Below are positions 24,040 through 34,849 of a stretch of DNA of 64,000 nucleotides, piece by piece (position 1 is the first letter of the stretch; every line of letters starts with the position of its first letter). Location: positions 190,093-254,092 of the forward strand of contig NW_005434655.1 in assembly GCF_000315625.1 (NCBI RefSeq), written 5' to 3'. The notes below the pieces were generated by a model. That model was not told the origin of the DNA. It worked only from the letters and a program-made list of their open reading frames with translations, and made no database searches. The translations under genes and the position numbers were made by a program. Source of the stretch: Guillardia theta CCMP2712. Taxonomy: Eukaryota; Protista; Cryptophyta.

Positions 24040-25363
24040 ATGGTGAAGCCGATCCTCGAGAAGATGGTAGGAGCCGCCGCGATCGCTGTTAACATGATGA
24101 GCGATGATGCGACGAACGCACTCGGATGCTTCCTCCCTTGCTCTTCCTCCCTCCCTTCGCAGTTCATGTCTCTCTCGTTGTTCGTGTCCGTTCGGACTTG
24201 GGCGGTGTCGGGAAGCTGCGTGTTGATAACCTTGCCGTGGTTATGGTTGCTCCTGAGCTGGTCAAGCATGTGTGGCAGCATCGACCAACCAATATCTCAT
24301 CGTGTTTCCAGTTTGTTGTCTGATTGTTCTCCCTGCGTCCTCCAGCACTCCCTCGTCTCATTCCTTGTGAAAGTGTCGTCTTCCGTGCCGTCTTCCGAGG
24401 GCACGTGACAGAGGGCATGAAGCTTGTGTTCTCATCACATTCGTCCGACCTCATCTCTGTGCTTCTCCATTGCGATACCCGCAGTCTCTAATGGTGTTAT
24501 GTCTATCGTGAACCTATTCTTCATGCCGCATGTTGTGTATGTGTGACGATAGTGAAGCAGTCCTTCATCCTGTTGACCTAGCCATGCAGGACGTTGAGAT
24601 CCTTGAGGGGACCAAGGTCGATGTGAAGGCTCGTGTCGTCACTGTGACCGGCAAGCGCGGAACCCTGACGCGCGACTTCAAGCATCTCAACATTGAGATC
24701 AAGAAGGGCAAGAACAAGAAGGGAAAAGACGCCATCGTTGTGCGTGATTGACATGCCCGCTGATTTCATTATCTCATGTTGAGGAACAGGTTGAGAAGTG
24801 GTTCGGCGCCAAGAAGGAGCTTGCTGCTGTGCGATCTGTGTGCTCCCACATCAACAACATGATGGTCGGCGTTACCCATGGCTACGAATACAAGATGAAG
24901 CTTGTATATGCTCACTTTCCCATCAACGTCAACTGCGAAAAGATTGGAAACTCCAAGGTCAAGAACCTCATCGAGATCCGCAACTACCTCGGACAGAAGG
25001 TGAGAAGACAAAAAAACATGCTCTCGTTGCTGTCGATCATACCTTTCGTGCTGTGGCTTTTGCATCTCCCTCCTTCCCCCTTCCCTCTCTCCCTCCTGTC
25101 TCTGTCACCCTCTCCTGCTTCGCTGTATCCTGTTTCGTGTGGTTGAACGAGGAGCGCAGGTTACCTTCAAGGTCCCCATGCAGGAGGGCTGCGAGGTTGA
25201 CCGCACCAAGGAGAAGGATGAGATCGTTATCACTGGAAACAGCATCGAGGGCGTCGGTACCTCAGTCTCTCAGATCCAGCAGATGTGCCAGGTCAAGCAC
25301 AAGGATATCCGTAAGTACCTCGACGGTGTCTATTGCACCACCAAGAAAGTGATCGGCCAATAA
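24040..25363 (+). CDS. RPL9: 60S ribosomal protein L9 (uL6)
   Basis: MVKPILEKM|DVEILEG...[16 protein letters not shown]...[16 protein letters not shown]...IRNYLGQK...[13 protein letters not shown]. First intron 24067-24589. Confidence 0.97.
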
Positions 25364-25776
25364 GTTTTTGTTAAACTGGGAGAAAGGAAACTTGTGCCTG
25401 TCCTCTCCTCGTTCCTCCTCGTCTAGTTCCTTCCTCATTCCCTTGCCTCCTCTTTACCTTCCCCTTCCCCTTCCTCCTTCTTTCTTTTTCTTCTTCCGTC
25501 CCTTCTTCCTTCCTCTCCTTCCTTCACTTACTCTTGTTTTGGAAACTCTGCCCGGTTAACCCTGCCATGGACTCCTGCCCACCCACCCGTTCTTTCAATC
25601 TGCTTCCTCTCACTCTACGTTCGATGAAGCTGATCCTCCCTTACTTCCTCCCTATACCCATTCTCCTCCCTCCCCATCCAGAACTCATCAATCCTCTTCC
25701 CCAACCCACATGCTCCTCTCCTTCTCTCAGCAGTGCTCTTGAAGGGTACGGCCATCGACCAGCTTGCTCGACTTCT

Positions 25777-26512
25777 TTACTTCTCTGGAGTAACAGGAGT
25801 AACACGTTCCATGATGGAGTCGATCCGGGCCAGAAGCTCCGACCTCCTGCGTTCAATCAGCCTGATGCTCCGTCTCCTGATCCCTGCTCCTCTTCCTCCT
25901 GCACAACTCTCCTATCCCTCCTCCCCTCCTCTTTCGTTCCTTCTCCTATGCTTGTCCGCCCTGTTCCATCTCCATCTTCTCCCATCCCTGTCCTCTCCTT
26001 CCCTTCCCTCCTTCCTTCCCCTCCGTCCCTCTCCTCCTCATACCTCTCTGCTGCCTTCGCTGCTCCTTCTTCACGCACATGGCCGTAGCCCCGGATCATG
26101 TTTGGGATCTCCAGCAGCTCCACCTGCACCACACAGTCACCCCCAGCAGTGGTTCTCCTCCCCTCCGCTGCTCCTGCCCCTTGCCCATTTTTTCATCCTT
26201 TCCACACGCTCCTCCTCCTCCTCCTCCTCCTCCTCCTCCTCCTCTTCCAACTGATCCCCTTCCTCCTCCTCCTCCTCCACTTACGCTGAGTTTGTAGGCT
26301 GGGAGCGCCCAAGACGTGTTTCTAGCAGCACTCAAGACACGGAGAACCAGCGCCACGTCATCCTCAAAGTGGGCAAGGAGCTAGAGAGCATCGGGAGTCA
26401 GGGAGAGGAAGAGGAGGAGGAGGAGGGAGGAAGAGTAGGAGGAGGGAGGGAGGGAGGGAGGGAGGGAGGGGGGATGCAAGGAGGAAGCAGGAAGTATGAG
26501 GGAGAGGAGGAA

Positions 26513-26548
<36 letters not shown>

Positions 26549-26605
26549 GAGGAGGAGGTGGAGGAGGAGGAGGAGGGAGGAGGAGCAGGAGGAGGAGGAG
26601 GGAGG

Positions 26606-26641
<36 letters not shown>

Positions 26642-28319
26642 AGGAGGAGGAGGAGGAGGAGGAGGAGCAGGAGGAGCAGGAGGAGCAGGAGGAGCAGGAG
26701 CAGGAGGAGGAGACAACCTTGAAATTCAGTTTTCTGTCAGCTGACAAGCGGAAGGGATCGAGGACGGTGTTGCGCAGGAATGACATGCTCCTCAACAGCC
26801 TGTAGGGCCATCAACGAGGACAGGCGGGAGGCGGAGGAGCAGGAGGAGCAGGAGGAGCAGGAGGAGCAGGAGGAGAAAGAAGTGGAAGTGGTGGTTGTGG
26901 TGTTTGAAAGGGGCAGGACTAGGAGGAAGTGGGGAGGAGGAGGAGAAAAGGGGAGGGGGGGAGGGGGGCGAGGGGGAGGAACAACAAAGGTTCTTGGAGG
27001 GTATGCAGAAGGAGGGAAGGAAACAAGGTTGAACCTGAAAGCAGGGATAGCCAGCCATGCAGGAAAAGCGAATTTCTTTGAGCTGCTGGTGAAGAAGAGT
27101 GAACAAGGGAGACTGGAGGAGGACCGGGGGGAGAAAATGAGTCGAGAGGAAGCGAAGGGTTTTAGGGAGGAGGAAAGGAGATGAGGGAGAGAGGAGAGAA
27201 GGGAAGTTGGGGAGGAGAGGATAGATGGAGGGGGGGGAGGAATAGGAGGGAGCGTTCACCTTTTGCTGAACCAGTTGAGCGCAGGAGGAGCGAGGTGGAA
27301 GGAGAGCGAATATTCTCCTGCAGGGACTTGAGCCGGAGTGACTTCAGGACAAGCTGTAAACCTTCCATCCCCTTGGAGATCTCCCGCTGCAGACTCCCGT
27401 CGAGGAGCAGCCTCGCAACCTCGAACTCGTCCTGTGGGGAGGTCAAAGTTGAAACTGCTGAGGAGGAGGGGGAGGAGAAGGAGGAGGAGGAGGGGGAGGA
27501 GGGAGGAGGAGAAGGAGGAGGAGGAGGAGGAGGGGAGGGGGAGGAGGAGGAGGAGGAGGAGGAGGAGGAGGAGGGAGGGAAGGAGAGAAGGAGGAAAGAG
27601 CGGAAGATTCACCTTGATAGCAAGGACTTTGTAGTAACTCCTAGCCATAGTGTTCGACAGCTTCTGCACCTTGACATCCACGTCCTCCTCCCCGTTGAGC
27701 CAGCCTAGAAGCTCCTCCTCCCTCCTCCTCACTTCCCTGACGCCCTGAAACACAGTCAAACAGCAAGCATCACTTATGGACAGCAGGGAAATTTCCAGCT
27801 CTCCCACTTCACCTCCTGGTACTTGTTTGCAAGGGCCTCGTCCTGATAACTCCGCAACCTCCTGCTCCGATCCTCTACCGTCTCGTCCAACGACATCTCC
27901 AGTGCTGTCCGCCCCCCCACTCGCCCTCCCTCCTCCTCCTCCTCCAGCTCTCCACCAACCCCTCGTCGTGTGCCGCCAGCCTTCCCAGCTTGAACGCCAA
28001 GGAGTTCCTTCCCACGTCCACTCCCTCCCCTATAACCCCCAACAGCGCTTCAGCAGGAAGAGGAAGCAGCCCCAGCTGGAAGCAGAACCCCAGGCACACC
28101 ACGTTGGCAAACACGGCGTCCCCGAGGACTTCCTCCGACAGTCTGTGCATGTCGCAGCTGCTCGAGCGGGAGGTGAGGGAAGGGGAAGGGAGGCAGCACG
28201 CAGACGCTCCTCACCGGTGCACTCGGTCGCTTCCCACTCGCTCTTCGAGCTTCATGAGCATCTCCTCCATGGGGAAGTGAAGATCTCGATCCCTGAGAGT
28301 GAGAGGTAAAAACCACATC

Positions 28320-28363
<44 letters not shown>

Positions 28364-28389
28364 CCCTGCTCCTGCCCCTGCTCCTGCCT

Positions 28390-28453
<64 letters not shown>

Positions 28454-28488
28454 CCCTGCTCCTGCCCCTGCTCCTGCCTCTGCCCTTA

Positions 28489-28520
<32 letters not shown>

Positions 28521-28882
28521 TCTCTACCTCTTCCGTCCTTTTCCCATCTCCTGCATTTGCATCGCCCCTGTGTGCTTGTCCTTCCCTACCTTCCCTCCTT
28601 CTCCTGCCTCTCCCTACCTGGTGAAAGCTCCCGGCATCGTCTTGTTGAGGTTGCAGACTATCTGAGTGCTCTCGCCGATGCATTCGAGATTGTGAGGCAG
28701 GAGAGTCGTCACGACATCCATGCTGATCACAAGGTCGACTTGTGCCGGCCGAGCACAGGAGAATGTGTTCCTGGGGGCATCATCATGGTCATGGTCATCA
28801 TCATCTCCATCTCCATCATCATCATCTCCATCTCCATCATCATCATCTCCATCTCCATCATCATCATCATCATCTACATCTA

Positions 28883-28919
<37 letters not shown>

Positions 28920-30186
28920 TACATCTACATCTACATCATCTTCATCATCTTCATCATCATCTTCATCATCATAAATTACAACTCACTTATCTTTTCGCTC
29001 ATCCCCTTTAAACATCTTCACCACTGATACCACCGATCCATTCTTCTGCGACAGACCGATTTGATCCTGTACAACATTTCAGCTATCCCATCCACCTCCT
29101 CCCTCCTCCCCCCTCCCTCCGTCCTCCCTCCGTCCTCCCTTCCTCCTTCCTCTCTTCCATCTCCACTCATTGCTGCTGCTCTCACCAGCACACGAGCTTG
29201 AAACCCCTCGCGGTGAGCTGCTTGTCCCATAACAGCAGCTGACGTAACAACTCCACTTCCCCCAATCCCACAGATGAGAACTGAGAAGGAGGAGGGGAGG
29301 AGGAGGAGGAGGAGGAGGATGCTTCCTTCTCCGCCCTCGTCGGCTCGGGCAACGTGATCGCATCCAACTCAGCTGCAAGCCCGCTGCTCCCACTCACCCT
29401 CCTTCTTCCCCCCACCACAGACACGAACGAAGGGCAGAACCCCTTGCGGCAGGAGAGGTCCCCGTTGCAGGAGGACTGATCAACCTTTCTCTTTCTTCCC
29501 AGCGCAGTCTCCTTGGGAACTATCGCAACACAGTTGCTCTGGACTCCACAGTCCCCGCACCCTTCGCAGACTTCCTCGTGTATATACACCCGCTGCTCCT
29601 GCTCCTTCACCTTCGAGCGCTTCCTCTTCCTCCTCTTCTCCGTTGCACACTCCTGGTCGTAGATGATCGCTGTCACACCTGATACCTGCCACAATCCTCA
29701 CTCCTCCTCCTCCTCCTCCTCCTCCTCCTCCTCCTCCTCCTCCTCTCCCTCTCTCCCTCTACATTCCTTCTCTCATCCCTTAATCCATATCCCCTGCTCC
29801 CCCAACCCTGTCCTCTCTTCCTCAATACTTCCTTCTCCTCTCCTTCCCCCTTGTAGCAAACTGACCGTCCTCAAGTGCTGCTGAACTGCTTGCAGCTCGT
29901 CTCGTCCTACATATCGCACTCCGTCCTCCTTGTCTTTCCTCGATATTTCTCCTCCTGCTCCGCCACCACCACCACCTGCACACTGACTTATGCTCGGCAA
30001 AAGATCCCAAGGAGCGAGCAGAGTCGGAAGATTGAGGGAGGGGTTGATGGAAGGATAGGAGCAGGAGCAGGAGGAGAAAGAGGAGCAGGAGCGGCAGGAG
30101 CAGCAGCAGGAGCAGCAGCAGATGATGATGATGATTGTGGTTGTGATGGCGGTGGTGGCGGTGGTGTTAGTGGTGGTGATGCTGCT

Positions 30187-30244
<58 letters not shown>

Positions 30245-33200
30245 TTTGTGATGATGATGATGATGACGATGATGATGATGGAGATGATGATGAATGGAGA
30301 TGGCGATAATGATGACGATGATGATGATGGAGATGATGATGAAATGGAGATGGCGATAATGATGACGATGATGACCATGATGATGATGGAGATGATGATG
30401 GAGATGATGATGACGATGGAGATGACGATGATGATGATGATGATGATGGAGATGATGATGATGATGATAATCGAATCACCTCCTTGACGCCTTCGGCCCG
30501 CAGTTGTCGCGCCATGGCAGGAGGGTGAGAGAAGGCTCCAGTATCGTTCGCCTGCCCTCCTGTCATGGCCACAGCGCCGTTGTGGAGGATCTGAACGGAA
30601 GTAAGGAAGAACAGGAGCGAGGAGAAGAGAAGAAGCGACAGCAGAGCAAGTTATGGTCGAGGGGAAGGAGGCGAGTGGAAGGCAGAGTGGTGCAGGGAGA
30701 GGGAGGAGGGAGGAGAGAAGAGCCAGCATGAGGGGTGTTGAGCACGGAGGAGGGATAGGAGGGGGGAAGACCGTAAGGGGGCAACAGAAGGAGGAGGTGG
30801 CAGTGGAAGGGGACACTGAAAAGAAGCAGGAGGGGTGTAGACGATAAGGGAAGGAGGGGAGATAGAGGAGATAACTGCAGGGAGGGGAGAGGACGGAACG
30901 GGACGGGACGAGAGGAGAGGAAGCAAGTGGAGAAGGGAGGGGGGGAGAAGGGAGGGGAGAAGGAGGGAGGGGAGAGGAGGGAGCAGTACCTTGAATGTGA
31001 TGTTGATGTTCGCAGCCACACAAGCTCTGATGGAGAGGATGGCGGAGTGAACGTAAGTCCCATCACCCACGTTGACAAATACTGACAACACAAGAATCAG
31101 CCTCCTCCTCCCCCCCCTTTCCCTTCGCCTCCTCCTCCTCCTCCTTCCCCTTCCCCTTCGCCTCTTCCTCCTCTTCCTCCTCCTCCCCGGCCCCTCCGCT
31201 GTCCCTGGCCTCTCTCAGTCCCTTTCTCTCTCCCTCCTTCCCCGCCTCTCCCTCTCCCCCTCTCTCATCACCATGGCCGGTCTTGACAAACTTGCTCGTC
31301 CCGATCCATGTCGCTCCTTCTCCTCCCATCTGCGTGAACTGCTGGATCCTCCCCATGAACAGCGCGAGGGTGTGGCAACCGATTCCTCCCAGCGCCATGC
31401 TCCCTGCTGGCACCACCGTCGACGAGTTGTGGGGGCATCCAGCGCAGAAGTAGGGGGCTCTGCGGAAGGAGGAGGATGGCGAGGAGGAAGAGGAGAGGGC
31501 AAGGTAAGAGGAGGAGGATGGCGAGGAGGAGGAGGAGGAGGAGGAGGAGGAGGAGGAGGAGGAGGAGGAGGAGCAGGGAGAGATCCTGCTCAGGCTCTCT
31601 CCGATGGCCCTGGGGATGGTCTTGAAGGACAACTCTCCTTCTTCAGGCAGCAGCCTCCTCCCACTCTCGTCCCGCTTGCCAACTACACGAGGATGGCCGG
31701 GAAGGGAGAAGAGCGCGTCCTTAACCTGGGAGGAGCATGAGGAGTATGAGGAGAGGGAGGAGGCGTTGCCTGTAGTTCCAGCAGCGCTCTCTTCTCCTCT
31801 ACTACAAGAATCTCTTCGCAGCCCCTGGCAAACTCCACCAGACTCTCCTCGTCCAGAGGCCAGACGAGCGCGACCTGAAGAAGCGCCAATGACGTCATCA
31901 TCCTCCCAGCTGTCTCCATCATCATCATCATCATCATTCATCATCATCAACTCAATCATCATCTCCATAATCAACACCCGCCACCACTTCCTCCTCTTCA
32001 TTTCACCTTGTATACTGATATCCCGAGTTCAACAGCGTCCTTGTTGCCGATTCCAATCATCTCAAGACATTCCAGAACATCATGACAGGTCGTCCCAGCG
32101 CTGACAATCCCAAGACGCCTCCTCGCTCCCTCCCTCTGCTCCTGTTCTCCCGCTCCAACCCCAAAGACAACCTGGCAAGAAGCATCGAACGAATCATCAA
32201 CAGTCAGAAACATCATCGCTCAACCGCTCCTCCTCATCCTCATCCTCATCCTCATCCTTGTCTCCCCACCCCACCTCTTCCTCCTCCCCCTCCTCGTCCT
32301 CACTTTGTCCAGCCTGTTCTTGCGAGCAAACGCTCTCACAGCCGGCAGCTTGTACTTGTACATGCGCATTTCCTGACTGTTCCAGTCGTCCCCTCCCCGC
32401 ATGTTCAGCCCTCCCTCAGGCATTGCGAACTCCTCCTCGGTGGGGAGGCAAACTTGCAGCTGGAGCTTGTCAAGATCGACGGTACAGGAGCTGAGAGAGG
32501 AGCAGACAAAGTGAGTTGAGGTTATCCCCGCAAGGCACAGCAGACCTGTCGATGCTGTAGGAGGTAACTTTCATTCCTACCCAGCAGCCGCTGTACCTCG
32601 AGAGCTCAAGGCCGACAACCCCCAGCTCCAGCAGCTCCTGGACGTCTCCTGGCACGAGTGTGGGGACGTTCATATCCCTCAGATTCAGTTCGCTCTGGTG
32701 AGGAAGGGTCGAGGACTTGCAAGCATGGTCGTCTCCAGCCAGGCAAAGCACTCCTCCCTTCCCCGAGCTCCCCGCCATGTTCGCGTGCTTGATCGCGTCT
32801 CCGCTCCTGTCTACCCCTGGCCCCTTGCCATACCAGATGCCGAAGACGCCCTCCACCTCTCTGTCCTGGAAGAGGCAGACCTGCTGCGCCCCCACACAGA
32901 CGTCGCCGCTATCTCCTCGTTGATACCTTCGACGACTTCGATCCTCCTGGACCTCAAGTGCCCCGCCACACGTCTTAGCGCCTGGTCGTACCCTCCTAGC
33001 GGAGATCCTCTGTATCCTGAGATGAATCCTCCTGTGTTCAGCCCTCGAGCTCTGTCGAGGTCGCGCATTAGGATCGGAAGCTTGGCAATGGCTTCCATCC
33101 CGGACATGTAATGCCGTCCGCGGCTGGCGACAAACTTGTCTTCTTGTGCTCCATCTGCCTGAGACGAAGCCTGAAGCGCAGCATCTAGAATGTTCGATGT

Positions 33201-33272
33201 CGATGCTGCTCGCGCAGGAATGGACTTGGCGTTGATAAGAACCGCCAGTCTTCTCCCCACTGCCCTCCGCAT
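25777..33272 (-). CDS. Fused alpha/beta indolepyruvate:ferredoxin oxidoreductase (bacterial single-chain type), many introns, one apparent frameshift at 32889-32893
   Basis: GFISGYRGSPLGG, GINEEIAAT, WYGKGPGVDRSGD, GDDHACKSST, PYFCAGCPHN, GIGCH, GDGTY..NGAVAMTGGQ (TPP binding), CEGCGDC...C...CNGDLSCRKGFCPSF (ferredoxin), GIGGSGVVT, DQIGLSQKNGSV, KDEFEVARL and IRGYGHV. Confidence 0.93.
28320..28520 (+). repeat. (CCTGCT)n hexanucleotide microsatellite in an IOR intron
   Basis: Directly visible; similar arrays at about 26610-26710, 39945-40000 (exonic, AG repeat) and 53270-53410. Confidence 0.9.
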
Positions 33273-33722
33273 GTTCGACGGGAGTCAAGGATGGGTCACA
33301 CGACTTTATCAGACAGTGCGAGCATCAAGAGTGCGAAAATTCTACAAACAATCTTCTTTCCTCTCCTCTCCTCTCCTCTCCTCCTCCTCTCCTTCTCCTC
33401 TCCTCCTCCTCTCCTCCTCTCCCCTCCCTCGTTTCCTCATACATAACCATACACTGGAGGCCTTGATCGTGGTCGAGACTTGTTAGTGTGCTGTCGGGTA
33501 GAGTCCGCAGATGATGGATAACCGTACAAATCCACCCCACCCTTACATGATCCACTGAAACGACAGGGGAAAGCACCCGTAGTGACAGTAGGCAAACGTC
33601 TCTACCGCTCCTAGGACCGGAAAGTCCTCTACCATGCAAGAGAGGGATGTTGGAGACGGGCGAGGGGCAGCGAGGGAGAGCGAAGGAGAGGAGGTCAGAG
33701 GAAGAGAGAGAGAGAGATAGAG

Positions 33723-33779
<57 letters not shown>

Positions 33780-34849
33780 GGGAGAAGGAGCTCAGAGGGA
33801 GGGAGAAGGATTAAGAGACTGGCAATTGGGAACTCAACTATCCTTCCATACTTCAGAAACCAGGATAGCTAGAAGAGGAAGGGGGAGGGAGAGGGAGGAG
33901 AGAGCCACAGTGAAGCACCTGAGACGGTTCAGCAGTCGGAGGAAGCTGGACAGAAGTGAAACGAGCTCAAGACTGAGTGTGAGCTATAGGGGGGCCAACA
34001 AATTCAGCCAGCACCCCACCGAGAAACATGCAGTGCTATGCTCTCCATTGAATGGAGGAGCCGAGCAGGTCTCGGTTGACTTGTGGAATCCCAGGTCCCC
34101 GCATGCGTTCAGCGTCGCCGGTCTCCCCATGGCTGGGAACCCCGCGGAGGTTCGTGGGGAGGCATGTGCGGTCAAGGAAGCGGCTGTCTACCTCAGACAT
34201 GGCGGGGAGGACATGCGAGGGCAACGATTCTAGTCTGCACAGTAGCGCTGCCTCTGTCTCCCTTGTGCATGCGAGCAGAGACGGTGTGGAAGGAAAGTTG
34301 GACGGGCGAGGTCGGCATGCTTCATCACATGGTGAGCGAGGGCTAGGGGGGCTGGAGGAGGTGAACTGAAGCTGACAGGAGGGGTCGTCTCAGATCTATC
34401 GGAAGAGGATACCCTCCAAGAGCCTCTGCCGAGCACGAGGTGAGAACGATGACAAGTGCGAGGGATGCGAGGCTGAGGAGGAGCAGGAGCTGGAGGCTGC
34501 ATGCTGCCAGGACAAACCATGGGGCAGACCCTACTGTGACACGCGGGAAGGTGTAGATGTATGTTGTGTCAACGTCTGCTGGACTGAAGTAGGAGGGGGC
34601 AGGGGCGGATGTTTTGCAGCAACCATGTGTTCCAGATCAAGATGGAGACGAGCGGGAAGCTCAAGAACGTGGCTGGGTTTGTGACGAAGCTCCGGTCGAG
34701 GACACAGCCTGTCACTCACGAGGGAGTGCGAGGGAGAGTCGTCATGGTGGAGCTCTGCTTGCATGTTTCAGCACGAGCTGACTTGGTTGCGGAGCAGGTA
34801 GTCTCGCTGGAAGAGAAGTTAGCTGTCGCCCTGTGCGAGCTCGGGGCTG

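Noticed and set aside
29255-29265. Suspected second IOR frameshift at GIGGSG
   Set aside because: Recount gives five Gs, which is in frame; the frame change is explained by an intron.
28299-30572. Pro-Ala, poly-His, poly-Ile and poly-Met ORFs
   Set aside because: They lie in microsatellite-filled introns of the IOR gene.
25777-33272. Bacterial contamination as the source of IOR
   Set aside because: The gene has many spliceosomal introns and is contiguous with eukaryotic RPL9.
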